From the NCBI GenBank assembly GCA_054661495.1, contig BAAFSQ010000087.1, positions 4,483 through 36,482 of the forward strand: a stretch of 32,000 nucleotides of DNA. The letters run 5' to 3'. Under the pieces are notes generated by a model that searched no databases, had not been told where the DNA came from, and saw only the letters and a list, made by a program, of their open reading frames with translations. The translations under genes and the position numbers were made by a program. Source of the stretch: Zygophlyctis sp. KS116 (taxonomy: Eukaryota > Fungi > Chytridiomycota). Shown here in pieces: positions 1 through 11,965 of the stretch. Position 1 is the stretch's first letter, and every line of letters begins with the position of its first letter.

Positions 1-345
1 TTTAAACAGCCTAGAATCCAATTTTTCTAATTCCAACATTGCATTCCTCATTTTAATGTATTTCCTCTTGAGTGTATCAGTGATTTGAATCGCTTCCTTT
101 TCCTTTGATGCAAACCAAGCTCTTTCAATCATATCTAGCTTAATGAGTTTTGGTTGTGACTTATCAATGATTACCGGCGATGATTTCATTAGATTTAAAG
201 GGATTTTTGGGATATTTTGAGGAGAATGATCTGGATCATACAAAATCTTTTTAATTAAAGCATAGCGGTCATCAAGCGGTAATTCTTTCTTCTTGGTCAG
301 AGGTTTGGTTGCTGTTGCTAGAAATCGCATTCTTTTCTGAAACAT
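1..345 (-). CDS. MRPL28: Mitochondrial large-subunit ribosomal protein mL40 (yeast MrpL28-like), 3' truncated by the window edge
   Basis: Not in the ORF track. Manual minus-strand translation from ATG 345 gives MFQKRMRFLATATKPL... (basic, presequence-like), then DMIERAWFASKEKE...LKRKYIKMRNAMLELEKLDSRLFK, matching the IERAW...Y..M..A..EL...LF pattern of mL40. A 36-nt in-frame intron at 139-174 is possible. Confidence 0.7.
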   Translation of the reverse strand, partial: MFQKRMRFLATATKPLTKKKELPLDDRYALIKKILYDPDHSPQNIPKIPLNLMKSSPVIIDKSQPKLIKLDMIERAWFASKEKEAIQITDTLKRKYIKMRNAMLELEKLDSRLFK

Positions 346-499
346 TCCTTCTCCTCGCAAAAGCCCTATGATAACAGCTAAAATTACTCTTGTCGCAGAG
401 GTAATTTTAGATTTGAGTCTCTCCAAATGTAAAAACTGCCATCAATCCATCACAATTCATGGCAGTGGCAATCATTATCACAATTGCAACAAGGCCGCC

Positions 500-529
500 A
501 ATCAGATCAGAACGCGTGCTGATCTGATT
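500..529. promoter_or_regulatory. Near-perfect 30-bp palindrome in the divergent mL40/ARMC9 promoter
   Basis: AATCAGATCAG(500-510)-A-ACGCGT-G-CTGATCTGATT(519-529): 11-bp perfect arms around a central ACGCGT. A regulatory role is inferred from position only. Confidence 0.45.
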
Positions 530-551
530 TGCGCGTCTGAAAGAGATTCTA

Positions 552-2986
552 ATGGAGTCCGAAATAGATGAAATGGTACAGGAATATTTGAAATATAGAG
601 ACTTTAGACAGACTCTAAATACTTTTCAAGAGGAAGCAGGACTTAATCTTTCAAGTGATCATAGAATAAAAGAGTCGGTCAAGGCTGAAAAAGTCCAAGA
701 GTTTTTAAACGCATTAAATGATGGGAGCAGGAGTGATTTTTTTGTATTATGGAATGCATTACCAGACCATGAAGATGATGCTAGTATCAAAATTGAATTT
801 TTACTAAATGTTTACTTTGCGATTTTGCCAATTCACGATTTTGTAAATTGTCAAAAGGAAAGTATGAAAACAAGTATGAATTACTTTAAACAGTTTTTGG
901 ATACAAAAGGAAGTGCCCTATGTAAGAATGATGCATTTTTATGTTTTTATGCGCTTCCGTACATACCAGAAGAGTCACTCAAAAAACATCCTTCGTTTCA
1001 TCAGATTTTTACAATGGAATGGGTTCAAGACTTACAGATGCGGATGACTGGATATTTAGAAAATATTCTAAATTTGGACTCTCTCGTGAAATTTCCAAGG
1101 TTGATCCATTTGTATCAAGTATGTTTTTCCTTTTAAGTAATGATTTAGGATAAAAATTCATCAAGCGAACTTAAAAATCAGAATAAACAAGTTTCGGACT
1201 TGAAAAGATTGGTTCAAAACTTTAGATCACATGAAAAGGAATTAGAAAAGAAACATCGGCAGTTGCAGGTGATTTTAAATTATTTTGAAATTTAGACAGA
1301 CTATCAAGGCTTATTATCCATATCTTCAGATTTGGTACAGAGTCTAGCACAATGTATTAGCGGGCAAAAAGTACTTTATCAAACTTACACAATAGGTATC
1401 ACCGGCTTATCTTTCAACAATTTGTAAAAGACTTTCGTTGCTAAAGTCAACCAAAGGGACCCAAAATCAAGATCAATCAAGTCATAAGCCGTTGCCACTA
1501 TCAAAACAAATTTCTGATGCTAACAAAGCTCCTCCAATACCAAGATCAGCAACTAGGTATGTCAAACATTATATTGAATCAAAGATCTCCTCTTCCAGCT
1601 ATTCCGATCGTTGAAATGAAGCATAACTTCAATACATCCAATACTTTGCTAAATTATCAAAGAATCAAAAAAGATTTAATAGATCCTTCTTCAGAGGAAA
1701 CAGATTCTGCAAAATCACGACTATTGTATGCTCTTCGACAGCACTTACCCAAAACTAACATGAACTCAAGAAGAAACGTTTTGAATGAATATGTTTCAAA
1801 TGACATTTTAAATATTATCTCTGGCAAGGTATTCTACTGGCCTTAAAGAAATAGAATATATTACTTGATATTTTAACAAAATGCTCGATTCAAACTAAAG
1901 AGCAGGTTGGAAAGCTAATTAATATTATGGCTTCGGATCATATAGGTCGTGCATATTTACTTTCTAATCATGCCAAAACTCTTGGAAATTTATTGCAAAT
2001 TACAAAAACAGAAAAGACAGATTCTCACTTGAGACAAAATCTATTTGGTGTTTTACAAAAACTTTCTCTCAGGCGTGAATGTCAGTCAATTATGATTAAG
2101 AATGGCTGGGTAGAATACTTACTAGACCTTTTAGAAGATTTAGAATCTCTTTCAGAATATACTATAGAATATGGTGCTGCGCTTTTAATGAATTTATGTC
2201 TACGTACTCATGGCAAGAAAGAATGTGCAAAGAATCCTTCGAGGTGTTTAAAAGTTCTCTTAGAACTTATAGAGCACGATAACGTCCAGGTAAAACTTAA
2301 AATTATTGACTCTTTTAGGTTAAAACCTATGTGAATGGAATTCTATTTTCCATTCTTGCTGAACCAAATATCAAGGAAGAAGCTAGATCAATTGGCCTTG
2401 AAGAACAATTTTTATGTCTAAAAGATGAATCCGATGAACAATTCACGCGACAAATTGATTTTGTTTTAGAAGCTCTAGCTAATGGTATTTTATATTACTT
2501 AATTTTAAAGATGAATTGGAAGATTTATCAGAAATATCTGAAGATGGCCAGGAAGAAGACGATCTTGAAGAAGACGATGATGTACAAACAGTTATAGACG
2601 ATGATGATTTTGAAGCTGATATGGAAAATGTATCAACTTCAGAATCTATTCTTCAAGCTTATACTACATTACCGCATGCACCTGTAGCTGCTTATCCAAC
2701 ATCTTTTCAGGCTTTAAAATCCCAAAATACTGAAAGAGAGAAATATGCTCATGATAATCAAGAGACTGAAAAGATTGTAAAAGATGATGTATAGTTTTAA
2801 TTATTTTTAAAAATATAGCAAATTCCGATAAAAGCCCTGCCACCCTCAGATAATCTAAAAAAAGGAAAGATTCCAGTCAATGATCAAGAGTAAGACATGT
2901 TCAAGTTTATTATTAGGAGAGTAGAGTTTGAGTCTGCATTTTCATCTCGTCCGAAACTCCCAAGAACTCCTGATTGTATGTTTTAG
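552..2986 (+). CDS. ARMC9: LisH domain/armadillo repeat ciliary protein ARMC9 (10 exons)
   Basis: N-terminal LisH (IDEMVQEYLKYRDFRQTLNTF), FYALPY, LQTDYQGLLSISSDLVQSL, VSPAYLSTICKRL, LQKLSLRR, YTIEYGAALLMNLCLRTHGK, VKTYVNGILFSIL, C-terminal FSSRPKLPRTP. Introns 1119-1148, 1269-1295, 1371-1395, 1557-1584, 1829-1854, 2290-2318, 2485-2510, 2789-2818 and 2890-2916 restore one frame. Confidence 0.9.
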
Positions 2987-3009
2987 GTTTTAGTTACAAT
3001 ACATTTTTG

Positions 3010-3818
3010 ATGGAATTGCCTGGATCCTTCCCTGGTCAGAGGCTAAATTACTTTTGCCATTCTTGTTCCGTAACTTATTTGAGCTTAAAATAGGCTGGAT
3101 ACTCATCTGCCGCTGAGCGATTAGTTTGCCCAACTTGTGGCTCTGATTTTGTAGAACGGATTGAGAATCGTCCGGAAGAGCAATTTGATCCCGGCGAACT
3201 AGTTTTTGAAACTCTAATGGGCCGATTCCTGAATTTAGCTCAGGCAAATAGAATGGCGATGCCTGGTGCAACTGTATCATCAAATATTAGATTTCGTGGC
3301 AGATCAGTTGCAGATCAATCAAATGAATTGTATCTAAAGAATGATAATGTATAGAAATGATAGTATTCCACCTCAGTTGGCTTTATTACTGCAGATTCTT
3401 AGTAGAGGAATTCAAGCTGAATCTATTCCAATTCATGGTCAAGCAGGAGATTATATAGTTGGTGATCGCGGATTAGATAATATTATATCACAATGTAAGT
3501 AATAGATCCTTTAAACTTGTAGTGATGGAACAATATTCTTCTCAAAATATGCCTCCAGCGGCATCAACAGAAGTGATTGATCATTTACCAAGAATTAAGA
3601 TTCAGGTTCAAGAGTTAGGAGAACATACAGGATGTCCTATTTGTCAAGATGATTTTAAACAGAATGAAGAAGGGATTAAAATGCCCTGTAATCACTTATT
3701 TCATCCAAATTGTATTGTAGAATGGTTAAAAGTTAATGGTAAAACTCAAAGATTAAATATAGGAACTTGCCCAGTATGTAGATATTCATTGGTTGAAAAT
3801 AATCAGTCATCGTCATAG
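3010..3818 (+). CDS. RNF126/RNF115-family RING-H2 E3 ubiquitin ligase
   Basis: N-terminal zinc ribbon (YFCHSCS...VCPTCGSDFVERIE), GDYIVGDRGLDNIISQLMEQ, RING-H2 CPICQDDF...[26 protein letters not shown]. Introns 3070-3093, 3330-3354, 3495-3522, 3739-3762. Confidence 0.9.
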
Positions 3819-3912
3819 TTTTTATAATATTATCTACCTTAATTAGTCTATTAAAACACGATGAGAAACTCAGATTGATCAATGCTACAATTCCGCTTTT
3901 ATAATTAAAATA

Positions 3913-4443
3913 ATGTTTCCATCATTAAGCTCTTTTTTGGTTACTCTAATCTTTTCTGTTGCCTTGATCGACGTCGTTAAAACTAGAACTGGTGACTGTT
4001 CAGATTTGAGCCTTATAAAAATGAATTCTTGTGCTGTAGCAAGTCAATCTAGCATGACGCCTGATACATATTGTTCTGAAAAGTTTGGATTGAATGTTCG
4101 GGCAAGAGACATGCCTATTCTCGATACATCAAACACTTCGCAATTGCAGTTTCAATATGATTACGAAATGTGTTTATGTAATGGATTTACTGCCGTTGCT
4201 AAAGTATTTTTACAATAATCTTAATGCTAGTGTTGGAAATTCATCTGTCCTGCTGATGAGACTGGTCCGATTGTATACCAGTCTGCGCAAGATGCATGTG
4301 CTAAAGCTAAATCTACTAATGCAGATGGGGTATTGAAAACAAATAATGGCCCAACTTATGAGATTATAAATAATACATCTCCAGTCAGATCATGGGCCTC
4401 AAAGATCAGTTGTCTGTCTGTAACCGCCCTACTCTTTTTGTAG
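3913..4443 (+). CDS. Small secreted Cys-rich protein, possible GPI anchor, function unknown
   Basis: Signal-like N-terminus MFPSLSSFLVTLIFSVAL. Intron 4204-4230 joins ...MCLCNGFTAVAK to CWKFICPADETGPIVYQSAQDACAK...; hydrophobic tail ISCLSVTALLFL; stop TAG 4441-4443. Confidence 0.7.
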
Positions 4444-4459
4444 ATCAGTGACGTAATAA

Positions 4460-7189
4460 ATGATATTCATAAGCCAATTGTTGATATTATCTAAAAGGAA
4501 CTTGATTATACTTGGGAGATATTGGAGAAGTTCTTTGGCACAGGCGGTCGGAGCCCCCTTATTGTTTATGTTGTTATTGTATATTCTTCAGCAGGCAGAT
4601 TATTCTAATCAGCGATTAAGTATTTTGCATCCCAAATCATATCAGCTAGAAGGAGTGTATAATTGTATCAGTCCTTGTATTAATGTTATGTTTAGCCCAC
4701 TTAATGCAAACACATCTGGGATCATGAAGATGTTTGCCGCTCTCAATGCTAAAAGGACTGGTCAGGAAGAATGGAAGATGGAAAATCCGATTTCATTTTT
4801 ACAAATTCCAGAATCAATTATGGGCATGGTTCCAGTTGATAATGAATCTTTTATATACGAATATGCCTTGCAAAGGCCTAATTTTACCAAATGGGCAATA
4901 ACTTTTGATCAGACTTTTGATCCATCGCCTGCCATTAGATATCAAATATGGTATAATGTTTCGATTGTTTCTGATGGATCTGATGCTTGTAAATTTAGAT
5001 TTATTCATCATAGTTGGAAAAAGTTTACTCTCATTCTTGCGTGGTATAGATGAGGCTATTATAAGCTTTCTAAATGATCCAAGTATGAAAATATCAGCAA
5101 ATTTGGATATTTCATTGAGGGATTGGCCATTAGTTCCTGCAAAAACTTTATCAGACACGATTGTGCAGAATTTGGGGTCTGTATTCTTTTTCTGTTGCGT
5201 AATGATCATTTTCATTAATGTTCTTAATCATATTGTGACCGAAAAGGAAGATAAGCTGAGGCATGCAATGGAAATGATGGGATTATTGCCTAGTGTGTAT
5301 TGGTGGAGTTATTTTTTATCAAATTCTATATTGGTTTTTATAGGATCACTAGTGACAAGTATTCTTGGTCTGGTTTTTTCATTCAAAGCGTTTACTGGAA
5401 CTAATTTTGGTATTATATTTTTGACGTTTTTCTTATTTGGTGAATCTATGGTTGTCTTTGCATTTTTCCTCTCGTCAATCATACCAAAATCTCGAATGGC
5501 TATTTTGGTTGGTATCTTCATATTTATAATTGGGCTTTTGTTTGAAAGTTTTGTATTCTCATCTGGATTTATTGGTTATATCTGGTGGAAGTCTTCTACA
5601 AATCCAAATTTGACAAGATTTATGCAATTGTTCCCTTTTTTCAATTTTGGAAGAATGTTCTTAGACATTACCACTTGTACTACTGGAAAGCTTGATGAAT
5701 TGACTGATACATTTATTCCTGGTCCAGGCATGAGCTGGGCTGCGCTTTTTAACCCAGTGCCTGATTACGTTCAGCCAATATATTCAGATGGGACCCGTCC
5801 AAACATCCCACCTCCAGTTGATAATTTTTATTGCTTTCTCATGAATATTGCTTTTTACGGATTTTTGACATTTTATTTTGATAATGTATTGCCAGATGAA
5901 TTTGGCAATCGGCTTTCGCCTTGGTTTTTTCTTACTCGAAGTTACTGGATTACACAAGAAGCTACTATAGAACAGCGTCATTTGCTTGAAAAAAATATTT
6001 CAAAATCTGAAATGGACTACGGACTCATCGAAGATGAGGATATAAGCGTAAAAAGGGAGCGTGAAACTGTACTAGACCCAAATGATCATTCAGATCTCAA
6101 AGTTTTCGGATTATCAAAAGTTTATAGAAGTCACCTGCTCGGCTGGATGGGGTTTAAAAGCTCGAAAGACCGTATAGCAGTAAAAAGTATCTTTCTCAAG
6201 CTTCAAAAAGGGGAACTATTGGCACTTTTAGGTCAGGTATAATATCCGAATATTCTTATCGATAGAATGGTGCAGGAAAAACTACTACCATGAATATGTT
6301 AAGTGGAAGAACGCCACCTACTGCTGGTGATGCTTTAATCTTTGGATATTCTATAAAGAATCATTCAGCTCAACTCAAGAAGAAACTTGGGATATGTCCA
6401 CAGGTATTAGATATATTTAGAATAATTATTATAGCATGATATTTTGTTTAATGAGTTGACTGCTAGGGAACACATTCAGTTATATGCTGGTTTAAAGGGG
6501 ACTCCGCTTAAAGAAACTGAAAACTTAATTAGAGAACGGCTCGAATCTGTAAACTTGGATCAAGTGGCTGATAAGCTTGTGAGCACTTATTCTGGAGGAA
6601 TGAAAAGACGACTTTCCCTGATTATTTCAACGATAGGTGATCCTGAGATTATGTATTTGGATGAGCCAACGACTGGTATGGATCCTGTCAATCGACGTCG
6701 TGTTTGGGCATTCATCGAGAAGTTTAAAAAAGACAGGATTATAATTTTAACTACTCATTCGATGGAGGAAGCAGATATCTTGGGCGATAGAATCGTCATA
6801 ATGGCCCATGGAAGAATGTGTGTAATAGGTGATTCTATGGATCTTAAATCACGATTTGGAAAGGGCTATGCAGTAACAGTTGTATCGGAACCAAATCGAA
6901 CAGAAGAGATAAAAAGCATATTGAAGGAGCGATTTCCTTCGGCCCTATTGGAGGATGAAGCTGCCGGGGCATTAACTTACCAGTTTTTGGCTGATAAAGG
7001 GGATGAAATACCGCCATTTATACGGCAAATTGACAAAGAATCCGCTGGACTTATTCGTAATTGGGGAATTAGTCAGCCTACCCTTGAGGATGTCTTTCTA
7101 AAGATAATACGGGATGCGAATCCTCATGGTTATAGTGGTATTCCTTTTTTGTTTAACTGTAAGGCGAAGAAACGAAAAAAGCAAAATAA
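4460..7189 (+). CDS. Half-size ABCA-subfamily ABC transporter (TMD-NBD)
   Basis: QLLILSKRN N-terminus, VTEKEDKLRHAMEMMGL, Walker A GQNGAGKTT (split by intron 6237-6265), GICPQHDIL (intron 6404-6434), signature YSGGMKRRL, LDEPTTGMDP, LTTHSMEEAD, TLEDVFL. Other introns 4989-5013 and 7138-7163; if the last is unspliced the stop is at 7208. Confidence 0.9.
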
Positions 7190-7221
7190 TAATATTACAT
7201 TAACATGAATAATGAAAACAG

Positions 7222-10200
7222 CTAATCATCCGGAAAAGATCGTTTTAAATTGTTTTTACGATTCTGTGCATCCATTTCTGCAAATATTGATTCAGCTATC
7301 TGCCTCAATGCCTCCTCATCCTGGGTCGTCCACGTCTTTTCAATTTGAATTTGGTTAGAGTTTTTAATTGGCAACTGCTGTTTTGTAGAAAATAGATTTG
7401 GCTGTATTATATTTTCTTTTGCTAAATTAATTAATTATCCAAAAAATACCTCGTGGAGATGATTCGCAATCATCATCCGAAACACCTGGGGATGGCGTTA
7501 GCACACAGTCTTCTGATAATAAATTCGATGAATTCCCCCTATCTTCATTTAAAGCAGGGTTCAGATCGTTTCCAACAGTAACTTTGAGAGAAAATCTCCT
7601 AGAATCATTAATCGGCGGTAAATCCTCATTTCCATATTCAACCATGTTATTTTGACCATTAGTTTTGTTGATAGATTCATTTAAGTTTATATTATCGGCA
7701 TCTGTTTCATGAGCTGACGGACTTTCCCTGGGTAATAATTTATAACTGAAATCCGGAATTCCTGAAATATCATCAGGTATTGAAGAAAGAAACCGATCAA
7801 GATCATTTGAATCTGTATCATTAGGAGATGTTGGTATTGAAACATTCAGTCTTGAAGAATTAAGCTTTGGAGCGTTAGTTTTTTTTCGGGATTTTAGATT
7901 AACAGTTTCTTCAACATTATTTTCCTGAGAGAAAAGAGAATCCGGAAGAGATGATAAAATTCCATCTAATTCATTTGTTTCGAAAGAGTTATGATCTTCG
8001 GCCTGGATGGTTGTGGAAGAAGCAGGTGGTGCTATTACCAAAATATCATCATTAGCTACAACTATTTCCTCTCCACTATTTACATGTAACTTTCCAGATC
8101 CATTTAAATTTGCATTTCTAATGTTTTCTGATGGTAAAACTCGTGATTCTAGCTGAACTAATGCCTCTTCTAGAGCTCTTTCTATAGTATCGGCACTACT
8201 AGCATCTCTATCAATAGTATGTGAAGAAACTTCATTTATACAAAGTGGCATAGCAGCATCGTTTTCTGATAATTGCTGAACTTGTGAAGGGGCTTCATTC
8301 AAAGAAACAGGTGTTACAACTAGACTTTGTGCAGCTTGCGTCTCTACTGGAGCCTGTAAAGGTGGCTCAATATATATACTGGGCATTTGAGGTTCATATT
8401 CTGATGTTTGCGTTACTGCGAGAGATTGTGAGGCATTCACAGAAACGGGTATTGTGGCATGAGCATCTGAGGCATGTATCCCTGCTTGAACTTGTGAAAG
8501 AGGCTCAATAGAGGGAAGGGGCATATGAGCTTCATGTCTTGACGTCTGAATTTCTGCCAGAACCTGAGTAGGGGGTTCAACAGAGCGGGGTTGGATGTTA
8601 TTTGCAGAATTGGATCCTAATTGTCCCAAATTTTCTATTCGTGTCGGGCCTAAATTATCACCCGCAGTTGTATCTTCCTCATCACTACTTAATGTCAAAT
8701 CAATCACGTCTGATGCCGTTCTTCCATCTACATTCATAGTGTCTGCAATTGGCTCCAATGAGGCGCTTGTAGAAGGGAAACTTGATGAAACAGGAGTGAT
8801 TGCAAAAGGAGAAATATTAGGGAGAAATGGAGATGCTTGTATAAGACCAGCCGCAGTGTTTGCATGAATTGGCTCCTTTTGTGGTTGTATATTTTGTGAT
8901 TGAATACTCTGAGGCTCCTTTTCTGGTTGAATACTCTCATGTTCTTTTTGTGGCTGCATACTTTGAGGCTCTTCATTATCTTCTTCATCAGAGGAAAGTA
9001 TCATAATATCATTGTCTTGTAAGAAATCATTTTCCTTTTTAACAGGATGATCATTCTTCAATTCCTTGGTAGGTAAACTCCAACTTCCATCTGGTTGAAT
9101 TTCTATTGTGTCGATGTCATCTGAATCTGCCGCTACTTTAAGAATTTCTTCAAAATATTCGTCCAAAATAATATTATCCCATTTAATTCTATTATTGCAA
9201 ATTGGGCATATAAATGTATTCGACTTTTCATTCATTGAAAAAAATGTATCTAAATCGAAACACTGAGTATGCTTGCAAGATATTGATCTTCCAGGTTTGT
9301 TAATTTTTACTTGTAGAATTGGATCTCGAAGTGAAATAGCTTCCGATGTAGCCACTATATCTTCATCAGCAAGAAATGATCTTTTTTCTAAGTTTCATAA
9401 ATTTTAAATTAAAATACTTTCTTCTAGAACTTGAATTTTGGGATATCGATGTTTTTCACAAATAATCTCTACTCTTTTTTCTGGAGAGATAACCTTTACT
9501 AATTCTACAGTTACCATGCATTTCTATTCATTAAATCGCAAAAAAAATACCGGTATCATTGCAGAAAACCGAACTTCAATCTTATTGGCGATTCCAGGCT
9601 TTGTATTTAGTAAATCTGTAATATCTGGAGGATTACATGCCCAGATTTTCTTCTTATTGGGGATAATTACGTTTTCAGGAATTTGTTTTCCATTGACTGT
9701 AATCCAACAAGCATCTGAAAAGAAAACATCTATTACTTTTGACATTCCAAAGGGCATAGTATTCATTGGGTTTCCCATGTATAACTTTATCCGATGATCC
9801 ACTAAAGACTCACAAGTCACCGGATTAAGTACAAAATCATTAATCAGCATCATTCCCTGCCTACCATCTATAACTTTTGTGTATAATCTAGATGCGAAAA
9901 CATTGTAAGGTGAATTTATGTAAGTGACATTTTCAAAAGGCCTTGATGCCGATGCAGTAGCTTTAGAACCCACAGGTGCAGATGGCTGCTGTTGTATTAT
10001 TTTTGAACGATCAACAACACTTTTTGCAGGGGATGATGACTTTGCAGACTTTGGCGGAGACGATCGCTTGTATCCCGCATGCAATGTTCCACCATTTTCT
10101 AGAGCAATGTATTGTAAAAATGCAGAAAAGCGATTATCATTCGGATTACACATTCTAATTTCTCTGGCGGCGGAGAGAGCAGTTAAAGCCCTATCAATTA

Positions 10201-10327
10201 AATCGGCCTTGTTGCCTGTGCCCGGCTGCCCCATTTTTTTAAGAATAATCTTGAGATCAGCTATCCGCAATCTGGTGCTAATCAGATAACAGGCCAATGA
10301 GTAATTCGATTCAATTTCAGAAAACAT
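7222..10327 (-). CDS. SIZ1: SIZ/PIAS-family SUMO E3 ligase (SAP, PINIT-like, SP-RING, long acidic tail)
   Basis: SAP motif LRIADLKIILKKMGQPGTGNKADLIDRA; SP-RING SLRDPILQVKINKPGRSISCKHTQCFD...FICPICN; SIMs DIMILSSDEED and DVIDLTLSSDEED. Introns 9524-9550, 9388-9417, 7422-7449; stop at 7222-7224. Confidence 0.85.
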
Positions 10328-10366
10328 TCAAAACTCAGCCTAAACACCAAGTTTGAAAAAATGAAC

Positions 10367-11804
10367 TTATATTAAATCAACCATTATACGATTCCTCGCT
10401 TTACTTGATTCTTCTTCCCAATCTGTAAAATATAAAAGTATATATAAAATGATTGACACAATAATTAAACCGATTGTCAAACCTTCCCAAAGGCCTTTAA
10501 GTCCATGATTAAAAATAAAGGCTAGCAAGATACCAATTGGTAAACCTAGAATGTAATAGCCGGCTAAATTAATAAATGCACCGGCTTTTTGACGTCCAGA
10601 ACCTCGTAAAATTCCTCCTCCTACTGCTCCAAAAGAGTCTGAAAACTGGAATATTGCAGCTAAAGGAAGAATTTCAGATACAATACCAACAACTTTTGCA
10701 TCATTTGTCCATACCCAGCCCCAATATTGTTTGATGCAAATCAAGGTAATAAAATTAAATAGTCCCACAACAACTCCTAGTCTAATAGCAACAGATGATG
10801 CAGTTTTAGCATTTTGTGGCAAGTTTGCGCCTAAACAGTTTCCAACTCTAGTAGCTGATGCTATAGATAGACCTAATGGTAGCATATAAAATAATCCAGA
10901 AGTGTTCAAAACAATGGTTTGAGCAGCCAAAATATCTGTTCCCAAAAGACCAGCCAAAAGAGCTACAACTTCAAAAGCCCACCATTCAGAACATAGTTGA
11001 AACATTCCAGGAATACCAAGTTTAAGAAAAAGATAAATCTGTTTCCAATCAAACATTTGCTTCATCTCCCATCCTCCCCAGGCTTCTGACCCTTCAATAA
11101 ACTTTATATATAAAATCAACAAGTTTAGAATGATAATATAAGTAATAGAAGTAGCAATTGGAGCTCCTCTTATACCAATCTGATAGTTTGACCAAACCAA
11201 AAACCATTGAAGAAATATATTTACCGGAGTAGCGAATAAAGTCACGACTAAATGTGCCTTCATTATCCCTTGTCCCTGTAAGTACTTTTTAAGACATTCA
11301 GTCACACAGTAAGGAAAAAGACCTATTAGCATATACAGTGTAAACTCTCCTGCAATTCTAGAGACAATCGCATCTTGCCCCAACAATAAAAAAATTGATT
11401 CTGAAAATATCCAAACAAAAGCAACTGGAATGCAAATTATAAACATTATAAATATGGATCTTTGCAGATGTCTTCCCAGATCTTTCTTATCTGGGGATCC
11501 AGTGAATGCTTGTGAACATAGAGTATCTAATGCACTTGCCATTCCCATTGCAATAGAGAACCCAGTCACATTACAATACATTGTGGCCAGAGCCGATGCA
11601 GCAAGTTCAGCAGTTCCGACATGGCCGAGAGAAAACCTAGTTGTAAGAAATCAATAATTACACTGAAACAATGCCCAAACTCATTTGCAGAAAGTATGCA
11701 AGACAAACCGGCCATGCGTATCTAATAAGTATGATTGATTCTTGTAAAAATGTAGTGTCTGGAGCATTGTCGTCCAGTAGTGGCAGAGTGTCTGGTTCCG
11801 ACAT
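10367..11804 (-). CDS. MATE-family multidrug/toxin efflux transporter (ERC1-like)
   Basis: ATG 11804 (MSEPDTLPLLDD..YAWPVCLAYFLQ), intron 11637-11661, then SLGHVGTAELAASALATM, GMASALDTLCSQAF, CSEWWAFEVVALLAG, GILRGSGRQKAGAFINL. Confidence 0.93.
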
Positions 11805-11965
11805 TGCAAATTTTTCACTCTACCAAGGGGCTGCGCTGCGGTGCAAGTGAACGCAAGTGTAACGCAAGGGTGTCTAAAGAGAACACAGCAGAAAGAGTGA
11901 CTGGGTCCAAATGTTCAGCCTCTTCACCCCGTCTGATCAGGAAAAAGTAAAAATTTACAGTTATA

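Noticed and set aside
368-571. 67-aa plus-strand ORF with Cys/His residues
   Set aside because: It lies over the divergent promoter and mL40 5' region, overlaps the ARMC9 start out of frame, and has no recognisable motif.
2990-3283. Antisense or alternate-frame ORFs (also 4814-5215, 8595-8867, 9438-9797, 9924-10289, 11815-12057, 22858-24141, 28381-28632)
   Set aside because: These are shadows of well-supported genes on the other strand or frame, with no independent evidence.
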